From assembly GCA_037447605.1 (NCBI GenBank), contig CM074807.1:4223380-4287379 (forward strand): a stretch of DNA of 64,000 bases, written 5' to 3'. Below, one piece after another: positions 52,691 through 64,000 of the stretch; the first letter of the stretch is position 1, and every line of letters starts with the position of its first letter. The position numbers and the translations under genes are program-made. A model generated the notes under the pieces. It was not told the DNA's origin. It worked only from the letters and a program-made list of their open reading frames with translations, and made no database searches. The stretch is from Zygnema circumcarinatum SAG 698-1b. Lineage: Eukaryota; Plantae; Zygnematophyceae.

Positions 52691-55600
52691 ATGGAACGCC
52701 TGGCGAGACTGCATATGCTATGGCTGGAGGCGGCAGGCGGGAAGCAGCAGGGCGCGATCGCTGATGCAGCCATGGATGTGGCGCTGCTTCTGCTGCCCAT
52801 CTGGGTGGCGGTACTCTTCGGGCTGGTGCTGGGCTGGTCATGGCGGCCGCGCTGGCCGCCCCTGCTGCTGTTGGCGCTGCGCTCTCGGGCGCGGCTGGCG
52901 TGGTCCTTCCCGCCCGGGTTCGGCGCGCGGCGGCTCTGGCTGGCCGCCACGGCCGCGGCCGCCGCGCCCGCCCTGCGCGAGGCCTGCGCGCGCCNNNNNN
53001 NNNNGCCCTGCGCGAGGCCTGCGCGCGCCTCGCCGCGTGGCTGCGCGCCCGCCGCCACGCCGCGCGCTCGGACGCCCTCGACCGCGCGCTGCAACCGCCC
53101 CCGAGCATCGTTAGGTGCGCGCTCTCGACCCTCGCGGCAGGGCTGCACTCGGCCCCCCTGCAGCGCTTCCTACTGCGATTCTTGGTTTTTTTTTCTCTAG
53201 CTTGTTTGGCTTAGTCACAGATTGTTTGCATCGCGCTTCTAATCGTATGCGCGGAAGGCCTGCATAGAATTGCCTCCTGGCAGGTCCTGCAAGCGTTGCC
53301 GGCTTTACAAGCTTAGCCAGCTCCAGTAATTCTTCCGACGACAGTTTGTTATTGCAGTCAGGCTTGAGCGGACTGCAAGTTCGACTAGTCGTTTTGGTGG
53401 TGCCTCGGTAACGTCTGGTTTTTTTTTCATGACCTGAGTTGTAAGGTGCTGTGCTGCGCCTTCCGTTGGGAAGAGTACAGCATGTTTGCGGTAGTTTCAC
53501 TCGAAATTTCTTGTTTATCCTAAATTTTTCTTCCTTAATTAGCTGCACTACACCTTGAGAACACTGCCGGCATATTCGACTTAAATTCTGGACTATCGTA
53601 GTGGTTCTAGTACATTTGGAACGTGTTCTTGGCACCGCTTTCAGAGGGCCGACTTCGAGTGCAAGTCGTTAGACTGTAGGTTGGTTTCACAGGTTCTTGC
53701 CATAGGCCCCTTTTCTGCTTCTTTCTGCATCAGCGTTGCTTGAAATAGCTTCTAGATCCATCGTTCGCGACTTGAATTTTGTTAGATGCCTCTGTCGAGA
53801 ATAAGTCATCTTTTTGGCATAAGTTGGGTGCAAGTAACACATCGGTGATGGAAACATGATGATGATGCCACCAACAGCATGATGATGCTGATCTGAAGAT
53901 AACCGCACAACAACACAATCCCGCTATGGCTTACGAAATCGTGAAGCGCAATATATTTTCCTTTCAAGGCGACTCTTCGTGTATATATTGCTGCAGTTGT
54001 TGCTCAGCACAAAAACCGTATCTTTTATGTAGACTTCCCCTATGGAATTTTAAATGCTAGGATATTCAAGCAAAAAATTTCAGTGATAGTGGCAACAACA
54101 GCACGAGGAATGCTGTTGTTACGCTCCGACTGGTGAAGCTAGTTACGCAAAGCTAGATTTGTAAGGTTTTTGTTCAGGGGCAACTCGCAACCAGTGAGGT
54201 GTTGCAGTCGAAGTGATGAAGCTCAGTCTTCTGGCAGTTTTGGTCAGTGCTAATGTTTTTGTGCCGTAACAAGAAACCGTTGGTCTTTGTGCAAGGCTAC
54301 ATTTCGATAGTCGTTGAGGACTGTTGAAGGATGTATAAATCATTTGAGAAGGTGTCAGCCCTGCCAGATAACGATGAGCATTTTTCGGTGTGCTGTGCTG
54401 ACCTGTTTCTTTTTTGTTCTGCACCCAGCAGGGAGGAGGAGACAGCGGATGACCGCGATGTTGCCGTAGGGAATGCAGATCTTGAGAATCTCTGCAGGCT
54501 CCTGGAGGAGCTCGACGGCGGGCCGGAGTGGAGCTTGTTGATGCACAAAGAGGCTGCGGGCATGCGCTACACCGCGTGGCGCCGCGATCCGGAGGTGGGG
54601 GGAGGGACTTTGGTTTTGTTATTCTTTTGTGCGGTGTGATGGTAGTGGTGAAGGTTGTGCCTGAATGCCTGGCGCGTGTTTTTTTTGTCCCGTTAACAAG
54701 TGTCAGTTGGGCATGGGCATCCATGGTTATGGCATGGTTATGGGGCTTAGCAGGTTGGGCCAACACAGTATCGCAGCTGCACGGTGGTAGCCAATTGCTC
54801 TCCGGAGCTGATGCGCGACTTTTTCTGGGACGATGACTTCCGCATGACGAGCCGTTGGGATGACATGCTTGTGCACTCCAAGGTGCTGGAGGAGTGTCCT
54901 CACAGAGGCGTCCAAGTAGTTCAATGGGTGCGCAAGGTGAGCAAGGCGTGAGGTTTGAAATGCAGATTCATTGGCAGCAGGCAATGGTTTAGTATTTACC
55001 TTGCTCAGATCTACCTTTGCTGTCTGCAGTTCCCGTTCTTCTGCAAAGATCGTGAGTACGTTATTGGACGCCGGATCTGGTCGTTTAACAACACTTACTA
55101 CTGCATAACTAAGGTATGCTCACATCTTGAATCAGGGATCCCAAGTTGTACGTTTGTCATGTCTTCTCGTTCCCTGGGGGTATCAGCAGAGCCATGACCG
55201 TGTGGTGGAGCTTGCATCTGCAGGGAGTAACTCATCCGCATGCTCCTCTCAAAGAGAAGCCTCGAAGAGTACCTGTCTTTTACTCCAGCTGGCGTATTAG
55301 AGCAGGTGAGAGCAACAGCTAATGCAAAAGCAGCTACTACTTGCAGAACAGCAGCAGCAGCTAGGAGCAGCAGACAACAGGAGTGTTGTCTGGAGTGGTT
55401 TGCTTACTTCGTTTTCTAAATGATGCAGTGGATGATGGAGCCTGTGAAGTGGCGTTGTTCCACCATGAGGACATGGGCATCCAGAAGGACCTCGCCAAGC
55501 TGGGCATCCGCCAGGGTATGTGGTCTGCAGTGAAGAAGATCGAGCCCGGAGTGCGGCAGTATCAGAACCTGCGCCAGGAACGCCCAAGGGAATTATCTCG

Positions 55601-56000
55601 ATCTGCGTCCATGGCCAACATCCACACACCGATATCTCCCATGGAGCCTTCTCTCACTCGTGTTTGGCGGAGCGTGTCGGACTTAAGGCAGCCAGATGTT
55701 GATCGCACTGCTGCTGGATGTGGAGATGGAAGAACAGAATGGGTCGACCAGAATGAGAGGGAAAGGGGGAGGGGGGGTGAAGGTGCAGAAGGGGAAGACA
55801 GAGGGCACGGCGGCATTGAAGAAAGGGAAGAAAGGTCGCTGCAGAAGAAGAGGAATCGGTTGGGGATGAGATGGATGGTTGTGGGCAGTCTGTTTGCTGT
55901 TGCGTGTGGAGTAAACACGGGGTTAGTGTGGAAGGTCCTCCTGGCAGGTACTGCACAGAAACTAGTCGAACGCCACCTTAGAAAAAGTTCACGAAGTTAG
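52691..56000 (+). CDS. Membrane-anchored START (PCTP-like) lipid-binding domain protein
   Basis: PIWVAVLFGLVLGWSWRPRW...PPGFGARRLWL, YTAWRRDPE, RDFFWDDDFR..WDDML, QWVRKFPFFCKDREYVIGRRIW and HHEDMGIQKDLAKLGIRQGMW, plus a C-terminal hydrophobic segment. Exon 1 crosses a 10-N gap with a 25-nt duplicated overlap. Confidence 0.93.
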
Positions 56001-57020
56001 TTAAGTTAGCGAAGGCTCGGATCTAAGGGTGGGGTTGGTTTGAAAACGAGCTGGGGAATGAGGAACATAGAGGAGGAATACGTGGTGTCGCATTGTGTGC
56101 CAGAGGAAATAGTGAGCCCTCTGTGGCGCAGTGCACCGACGAGCAATAAGGGCTGCCTGCAGCTCAAAGTGTAGAAGTAGTCTATAAGGTGACAGATCTT
56201 TCTATGGAAGGTTCTGGTGCATCTCATTTCCTGTTTTCGAGTGCTGTCTCGTGTCTTATCAGTAGTTGTCCATATGTCGTGCTGTAGTCAGCAGTGCAGT
56301 GCCACTGATGCAACGGGTCGCCCTGGCAAATTGTATGTGACCGGGTCTGGAATAAATGAACGTTCCCTACCGCAAGTAGGCTTTCGTCGTCAACGGCAAA
56401 ACTGTCTATTCAGTTGTAACGAGCGTTTGTGAGCGTGGATGATGTCATGCAAGCAGGTCTGATGGCATGGCATGGAACGGGTGCTTTGATTGGCGACTGT
56501 CGCCTGAAGCTTGTGCGAGGGTCCCGAAGGGGCCTGCAAGGAGACTGCAAATGTGAAGAACAAGAATGATGTAGTTGTTCGAGAAGTGCCGGCCTTTGGA
56601 TTTTTAATGCTTATTGCGTACGTGTAATTCACACGTAACATGCTAGCAAATAGCTGCTTCGGGCTGCTCAGCTCGATAAAGTGACATTCACTTCTGCTTC
56701 AATGGATCAAAATCAGGGCGATGTGGGCTGCATCCCACAAAAAAGTTGTCCGCGGAAGATAAAAAAGTATATCATCGCTTATTGCAGTCATCAAATTTTT
56801 GAAATACGCGCGCGACACCACACGGTGGTTACGCGCCCGAGTTTGAGTGGCGGCATGCGCCACGCCGCGCCTTCGGTAGGCACCGCCCCGCAGTCAGATG
56901 CCTCCCGTGCCGTATCGTACCTTGGCGGTTCACAAAGGTACGGTACGGGAGGCACTGCAATAGGAATTTTGAAAAAACGTAATGAACTTGCATTGATCTC
57001 CCGATAGTTTTTAGGGTTTT

Positions 57021-57222
57021 TACAAAGGGAAGAAGAAATAGCGTTGATCTCACGATGGCAAGGCTATCAAATGTACAGGGATAAAATCGATATGGGGAAC
57101 CAAAGGAATCGGTCACAAAGGCCACACAACAAAGACCTCAGGACAAAAAGAAATAGCCTAGAAACGGAAATCTACTTCTAGGCTTCGACAACACGGCACG
57201 AAAGTCGCCGACATGTGGCACG
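57021..57222 (+). repeat. Dispersed repeat D, copy 4 (most diverged)
   Basis: TTGATCTCACGATGGCAAGGCTATCAAATGTACAGGGATAAAA...CTAGAAACGGAAATCTAC...GAAAGTCGCCGACATGTGGCACG aligns by eye to copies 1-3. Confidence 0.7.
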
Positions 57223-57974
57223 CCACTCGAAGGGAGGGGCGGGAGGCCACCGGGACGGGACGGGACGGGACGGGCACCGACAACGGCGGCACGGCGGAGG
57301 ATGACGGGAGCGACCACGGAAATGCGCTGGCGATAAAAAGCGGCGAGCATCGGCGGAGGAGGAGAGGAGGGCTTCCTTCCTTCCTTCCGGGGCCGTGCGC
57401 GCATCTCCACGGAGCGATGGGCGCACGCACGCACGCACGCACTGGCGAATCGAGGACACCCAACAATCTCGACAGCCATCGGAACAAACTCGTCGGCAGA
57501 GCCAGAGGCAGAGCCGCGGCGAGAGATGAAGAAGGGAGGGAGGAAGGGCCGCTGCTGCGGGCTTTTGGGGTGTTTGGCCATCGGGAGGTCAATGCGAGCT
57601 CGGAGACAATTTATCCCTCGCACGTGTGGAACCCACACGAGGGAGCCGGTCCGGTCCGGTCCGGTCCCGATGTCGCCGTGCGACTGCCTGACTGTTCACC
57701 CCGCCCGGTCGACAAAAACCGTACGAAACGAAACGGTACGAGTGTCCTTGGCGAGCAAAATTTGACGACGCGCGTAGACTCCTGGGTCCACGCGTTTTGC
57801 GATTCGCCAAAATCTCAGTGAACCGTGGATCCGAGGAAAACTCCATCTGAATATGACCGGTTTTTGACAGGCGGCGACCGTCCGTTCGTTCCATGTGGCA
57901 CTTCACTTAGCGTCGATTCGTTGCTGTCGACGAGGTTCTGGCTTTTGGGCTTTCGTTCCGACGGCCGGCCCTCT

Positions 57975-58040
57975 CAGTCAGCCGGTTAGTCAGTCAGTCG
58001 GTCAGTCAGTCCGTCAGTCAGTCAGTCAGTCAGTCAGTCT
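57975..58040 (+). repeat. (CAGT)n microsatellite, degenerate
   Basis: Directly readable. Confidence 0.9.
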
Positions 58041-58313
58041 GTCTGTCGGACAGTCGGTCGCGACGGCCTCGCGAGGGCAACCAGAAGCCAAGCCGCCAAG
58101 CAAGGCGGAGAAGACACGGCGAGGATCAAGGCACGCGAGATCCACCGAACAGCGAAGGTCATCATTGCCTGCCGTTGCCCATAACTCTGATCGCGGCTTC
58201 CACTTGTCGCAGATCCACCTCACCACTACCATCTGCTCGGCGCAGCCTTCGCTTCCCCTTGAGTCCTTGACATCTGCCCGAACCGTCGCCTCCTCCGTGG
58301 TTCCCTGTTTGAT

Positions 58314-58763
58314 TAGTGGCGGATCCAGGATTTCTGCTGAGGGGAGACTAGGCCCTCGTTCAGCATAAAATGCATACGATAAAATAAAAAAAGTTGAAAT
58401 TTCAAAATCCGAGGGGGGCCAAAGCCCCCCCAATTTGTATATGCAGGTCCGCTACTGCATTTGACCGCATCGCCTCCACGAAGGTGAATGTCAACTTCCA
58501 AACTCGTGAGAGCTGCCCATAAGGCACGTTCGTTAGACTTAGCAAAATTGTACGAAACATTATCCTTCAGTATCCGTGGCGGACATTCATATATAATTTG
58601 GGGGGCTTACCCCTCTCAGATTTTGAAAATTCAACTTTTGTTTATTTTCTCTTAAAAAAAAAAAAAAAAAAAATTCTCTTGTTTATTTTCTCTCTTTCTC
58701 TTATTTTATGCTTAAAGAGGGCTTAGCCGCCCCTCAGCAGAAACAATTCTGGATGTACCAGTG
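58314..58763. mobile_element. Two hAT-like MITE copies in inverted orientation (58314-58457 and ~58574-58763)
   Basis: TAGTGGCGGATCCAGGATTT...GGTCCGCTACTG termini; the second copy is its diverged reverse complement. Flanks of the first, TGTTTGAT / CATTTGAC, differ only by three transitions. Confidence 0.65.
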
Positions 58764-59438
58764 CAGCGACCGACCCGAAGGGCGCCGGGCGGTCGCAAAT
58801 GCGCGCCAGCTCTCGGGCTAGCGGCGCTGGTCTGTCCGCGCGGCCGCCCTGGCGGGCAGGCCGTCAGCCTCCACCGCCGGATGAGCGCGCCGACGCTACC
58901 AGTGCCAGTTACAGCCACAGTTCCAGTTACAGTTCCAGTCGCAGTCGCAGCCAGAGGGCGCGCCGAGCCCGTCCCGTCCCATCCCTCGCCGCTTTCGCCC
59001 GCCCGTGCGCGCGCTGGTCCAGCCGTACGACCGTACGGCAGTTCGAGGTCTGCGCACGGATGGCCGCCCGCCGCCGCACCTGTTCCTCGACTCGTCGGCA
59101 CGGTTTGTCGCGTTGCGGCGGCGGCCGGCCTCGCGCTGTGCCGAAACACCGTTTCGTACCGTACGGTGGATCGCAGGCGTACGGCAGCTGAGTCCGTACT
59201 GTTAAGATTGCGGCTGTCGGCCCGCCCGCCCGCCTGCCCCCGTTGCCGTGCGCGGTGCACGCCCGCCCGCCCGCCCGCCCGCCCGCCGGCAGCCTCGGGG
59301 CGGAGCGGTCGGGGCCGTTCCGAGCCCGTCCGGTTGGCCTCGGCGAGCGGCCGCCCCGCACCGTCCCCTGCGCCGTACCGCCGGCTGTCCTTTCCGCATC
59401 GAGAGGTGAGCGACCGACAGGCGGCCGCCCGCCGTACA

Positions 59439-59796
59439 GCCACGTCGCCGGGCGGCGTGGCGGCTCGGCGAGCGCAGGATCCGACGGGTCGCGTCCCGCG
59501 CTCCGCCAGGCGATGCTCCGCGACCGAGCACGGGTGCGGGCGGGAGGGCGGGCGGACGGGCAGGCGGGGGGGACCGATCCGATCTGCGGCTGCGCGGGCC
59601 GCCGCGCGGGAACTAGTATCTTCGCCCCCCTGCCCGGCCTGCCGGGCAGCCGAACTCGACGCCCATTGGCTTCCGTGAATATCCCGGGGCCGTACGGCCG
59701 GCCGGGCTTTTGAGGTCAACGCCTCTGCCACGTCGCCCGGCGTCTCCTTTCCGGCGCCCACGTGTCGCGGCGCGCCCGGCGGGGGGCCACGTCGCC
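59439..59796 (+). promoter_or_regulatory. ACGT-element cluster upstream of the RUP-like gene
   Basis: GCCACGTCGCC at 59439, 59727 and 59786, and G-box CACGTG at 59759. Confidence 0.5.
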
Positions 59797-60000
59797 GCCC
59801 GGCCTCGCTCGGATCCGCTGGCGAGCAACGAGCTCGCCCGCCCGCCGGTTTCAGACGCGCCACGCCTTGCCTCGCCATCATCCATGGCGCCCTCCCCGCC
59901 GCCCTCCTAACCGAGAAAGAAGGCGCGGAACTCGCGTGCCGCCACAGCTCATTACGCCCAATTGGAGGTTGAATTTGGAATCTGCGGTAGAGAGCTGCGC

Positions 60001-62455
60001 ATGGCCGCATGCCGACTCCTGCGCTGGGATGACGTCCTGGTGAGTACTTTCTGCCCGGGTAGGGGAGGTAGATAGCGAAGGAAAGAGATGGTCATAGTGA
60101 TGAGAGACCCCCCTGTATGCCTGTAAGGGGTACCTGACACTCGCAGAGCCTCCCTACAGGAGGGAGCAGGCTCTCCTTCACAAGTGGCTCTCGCCCAATG
60201 GGTGTCGCTTGTTGGAGTCGCGGACCTGACTGCCTTGTTTCCGGCCTTCCGCGCAGCTCACTGGCGATTCGTTCGAGGAGGCCGCATTCAAGCACGGCCT
60301 GCCGCAGTCAAAAAAGCTGTTCCATAGAGCTGCGGGAGGGGAGTCTCTCACCACGGCCGACGAGTGGATGCTCCTGGAAATGCCGTGTGGAGATGATCAG
60401 TCGGTGCCGTGCTTGCCGGGGGATGACCCCGCCGTGGCGGGCGATCTGGGGGCGGAGCTGCCGTCCATGGGGCCGCCGCCGGGTAGCGCGGGGGCCTGCG
60501 CGTGCCTCTGCGGGGAGGGGCGCCATGGCGGGGCCTGCGCCGGGCCGGTCGGAAGGGCTGCGGAGGAGGGCGGGACGCATGACAGGGCCGCGTGGGGCCG
60601 GGAGAGTTGGAGCAGGTGGGCGCGGGGCTGGCGGGCGGGGAAGGTGCACCCGCTGGACGAGCAGGGCCAACTCGCGGAGCCGCCGAGCCTGCCCGGGGAC
60701 ATTGCGGGGGGGACTGTTGGCTGGACCATGCGGAGCAAGGGGTTGGAATGTGAAAGCGACGGGGACACAGGGGACCATGAGGGGGAAGGAGCGGGATCGG
60801 AACACAGGGACGGGGATGTAATGGAGGACTTAAGCAGAGAGGTGCGGGATGAGACGAGTGCGGAGTGGGTGACTTTGCAGGCCGCCGTGGCTGCAGGCGA
60901 GGACGGACTGAGGGAGCTGGGGATTGATGTGGTGGACGTTGAGGAGGAGAGGAGCACTTGGGAATGGAGATTTGAAGTGGAGGCCTCTCTTGGCTCTGCA
61001 GATGGTTACTGCGGTTCCTCGGACGTCATTGGGGCGGTGGACTTCGACCATGCTGGCGAGTTCTTTGCCACGGCGGGAATTGCCCGGAAGATGCGAATCT
61101 ACTCGCTCGCATCTGTGCTGGAGTGGTCGGAAGAGGAGAGGAGGGAGAGGGACAGCAGAGGAAGTAGGCGATGGGGAAGCGGGCAGGACGGGAGAGATGG
61201 TGAGGATGGGGACAGAGATGATGACTGGAGAGAAGAGGATGACGACGAGACTTGTGAGCAGAGACGGAATGAAAGGAAACAGGCATCGAGGAAACGGAAA
61301 ATGGGCAAACAGGGTCCGCACGGGGGGTTGGCCTTGATGGAGAGGGACAACGTAGCTAGAGCAATCGTCTGCACTCCGGCAAAGCTTAGTAGTGTGAAAT
61401 GGGTTCCAGGCTCCACATCCACCATTGGCTGCGGAGACTACGACGGGGTGGTGGCAGAATGGGACCTGGAGAAGGGTCTGACGGTGTGCGAGCGGGACGA
61501 GCACGCGGGGCAGCGCGTGTGGAGCATCGACTACTCCCGCCGCGGCCCCTCCGCCCTCTGCGCCTCCGCGGCGGACGACGGCGCGGTGCGGCTCTGGAGC
61601 GCGGGCGCCGAGCGCAGCGCCGCGGTCCTGAGGGTCCCCTCGGGGCGCGCCGCCTGCTGCGCGGAGTTCAGCCCCGCGGCGGACCACGTCCTCGCCGTCG
61701 CCAGCGCGGAGATGGGCGGCGTGCACCTCTACGACCTGCGCCGCCTCGCGGAGCCCCTGCAGAGCTTCCGCGGGCACACGCGCACCGCCAGCTATGTGCG
61801 CTTCATGGGGCCCTCTCTGCTGGCGTCGGCCTCCATCGACAGCACCGTGCAGCTGTGGGACGTCACAGCACCAGTGTCGCTCGCCTCAGGATTTGGGAGC
61901 AGAGAAGCTGCCCGGCCTCGTAGGGAACTGGGAGTAGCCAAAGCAAGGTCCGCGTCACTGGGAGACCGGCACAATGCGAGTCCAACTTCTGTAAATCGGA
62001 AGGTGCTGCCCGCCGAAACGGCAGGGTCCCTTCCGGAAAGTCCGTACAGGGTTGGATCAGATCTGGATCCCTCTCCAGAAACGTGCAGGAAGGCTTTGCA
62101 AGCCCCCCCCCAGGGAAAGGCGGTCGAGCCGGTGGCTGTGTTCAAGGACCATCACAACGTACGCAATTTCGTGGGTCTGGCGGTGAAAGGCTCCTCATAC
62201 GGAGGGCTGCTGGCCTGCGGGTCAGAGACGAACGAGGTGGTGGTCTACCAATACTCGCAAGTGGGCCATGCTTCCAAGCAGCTCCTCTCTCTTCCATTCT
62301 CTATGTCGGGGCCCCAGGCACCTGCCCGTCCAAACCAGAGAGGCCCTTTTGTCAGTGCTGTATGCTGGCGACAGACTCAGGGCGATTGTACTTTGGTAGC
62401 TGCCAATTCAGAAGGGATAGTGCGAGTGATAGTCGGTAGGCAAGAAGCTCTTTGA
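60001..62455 (+). CDS. RUP: RUP1/RUP2-like WD40 protein (repressor of UV-B photomorphogenesis family) with long N-terminal extension
   Basis: DVIGAVDFD..GEFFATAGIARKMRIY, IVCTPAKLSSVKW, GCGDYDGVVAEWDLEK, ERDEHAGQRVWSIDY, GHTRTASYVRF, HHNVRNFVGLAV, CGSETNEV and FVSAVCWRQ..GDCTLVAANSEG match plant RUPs. No RING or kinase-like domain seen. The WD part is intronless. Probable small exon 60001-60039 splices to 60161. Confidence 0.88.
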
Positions 62456-63759
62456 GCGGAGTCACGCAGAGGCCTTCGGTCAGCTCGGGGTGCGGCGCGC
62501 CGCGCTGTCAATTTATTTGAGGGGAGTGCGGCTGGCGGGCTGGCCGGCTGGCTGGCTGGCTACAATTTGCCCTTTGCCGCGAGGAGAGTAGGGACGTAAA
62601 CCGCGACGAGGTTGTTGCGAGTGGCGCCGCCTCCACGTTTGTTCAGATAATTCCTTTCAATATAAAGTTCTTGTACAGCATGTTTAGACTAGGTGTGCTG
62701 CAACAGCTTAAGTTTTTCGAATAGTTATCCAGAAGTGCTGAAGATTTGTTCTTGACGACAAAAGGATTGGAATACCTCGAGTCTCTCCCCATTTAGAAAA
62801 GTTGTAATTTGTGGCCCAGGCCAGAGATGGGCTGGGTGAGTAATAAGTCTCTGGAGCGCTGTCAAGCATACATTTTTGCTAGTTATCAAAATTATTCAAA
62901 AATAGCCTTGAGTTCACTCCCTTCTCCACATCCCCATTGCTCCGGCTGTCCATTGAGTCTGTCTGGCCTCGCCACGACCATGCTCGTATCGCCCGGCTTC
63001 TCATTTAAAATGCACGTGCGGCAACACGTGGCATGCGACAGGGCAAGAAATTGCAAGGAGTTCCTCACTGGCCGTGACCGGAAAGCCCTTGCAGAAGCAT
63101 AACCAGTAGCAACATAGTTTTGGGTGGAGTGTCGTGAAGATGGGGGATGATTCAAGGGTGCGTTTTCAAAAATTATTGTCTTTCAATGTCACATCGTCAC
63201 CCTCTTTCGTCGAAGCTCCCGAGCTGTAAACCACGGCGAAGCGGCTTGTGAGTGTCAAGATGGGGTTTTGCAACTTTTCAACCTCCGCCCTCCGCAGGTG
63301 CAAACCGGTCGGAACGCGGACACATGCCGGAAGGTGTCGCCCGTTCGAGCCGCTCCTGCCAGCGAATAATGCCAAGGGAAAACTGCCCAGCGCGGACGCG
63401 GACTTCGTGTCCAGGTCGCATCTCGTGAAGCACCGAATAGCGAAGATTGGCTTTTCAGGGTTTTTGTGGATTTTAGGGTTTTTCTCGTGTGACTTACTGG
63501 GGACCGACATGGTCACTATAACGCGAGTACACTGTACGCGGAAAGGCCCTTCGGAGGGCCGCCTGCCAGGGCTCAATCCTATGAAACAAAAAATGAAAAA
63601 TCAAAAGTCAATGTGCATCAAAAAAATATAATTACATAGCGAGGCCTCTCGGCCGGCAGACTCTCAGCCGGCCGGCAGATTTTGCCGGCTGCTGCGATTT
63701 TGGTTTCCAGTTTTGGGACTTGTCAGGCGCCAGCTCCTAGGCTCCAGCCCACAGCCTTA

Positions 63760-64000
63760 AACCGTCCCGCAACTCCCCAAGGGCCTCAGGCTCTTGTGGC
63801 CTGGGCCTCAGGCCTTGTGGCCTCTTGTGGCCTCAGGCCCTTGTGGCCCCAGGCCCTTGTGGCCTCTTTAGGCCTCTTGTGGCCTCTTTAGGGCCTCTTT
63901 GTGGCCCTTGTGGCCCCAGGCCTCAGGGCTCCTTGTGGCCTCAGGCCCTTGTGGCCCTTTGTGGCCTCAGGCCTCTTGTGGCCTCAGGCCTCAGGCTCCT
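63760..64000 (+). repeat. Degenerate minisatellite built from GGCCTCA / GGCCTCTT / CTTGTGGCC units, running off the window
   Basis: GGCC recurs every ~7-13 bp. Confidence 0.85.

Noticed and set aside
52970-53029. Apparent 25-nt duplication and frameshift in START exon 1
   Set aside because: GCCCTGCGCGAGGCCTGCGCGCGCC sits on both sides of a 10-N gap (52995-53004); merging the overlap restores the frame. Scaffolding artefact.
51772-53148. 458-aa and 432-aa (58712-60010) minus-strand ORFs and many similar overlapping ORFs in GC islands
   Set aside because: R/G/P/A-rich, open in multiple frames because of very high GC, and antisense to real genes or promoters.
62892-63576. Minus-strand ORFs with a faint tyrosine-recombinase-like LRRAEVEKL
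   Set aside because: No downstream H-x-x-R or Tyr motifs, and the frames are discontinuous; resemblance too weak.

Overview
Eukaryotic, intron-rich green-plant DNA. A streptophyte alga or non-seed plant is inferred from plant-type gene families, dense short GT-AG introns and GC-rich promoter islands; the species cannot be fixed from sequence alone. Recognisable genes: a group-I bZIP (5' part only), SGF11, a ~30-exon ACA8/9/10-type P2B Ca2+-ATPase, a small CxxC/WKSETEM-motif protein, a GOST/lung-7TM protein, a HAD-IG 5'-nucleotidase, RPL11, a membrane-anchored START protein and a RUP-like WD40 protein. There are also two or three orphan genes. Three gene pairs are head-to-head. Intergenic DNA carries many non-autonomous DNA transposons, most clearly a 3.4 kb cluster (38379-41761) of five elements, two of them nested, with readable TIRs, TSDs and in-window empty-site controls. 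Other notable items are an unexplained ~135-200 bp repeat in four copies, an N-terminally extended RUP with an in-frame stop separating an upstream ATG, and promoter-associated 4-5-mer microsatellites. Most ORFs in the supplied track are artefacts of GC-rich or repetitive DNA. No CRISPR, rRNA or tRNA was seen. All exon chains were assembled by eye without expression data.
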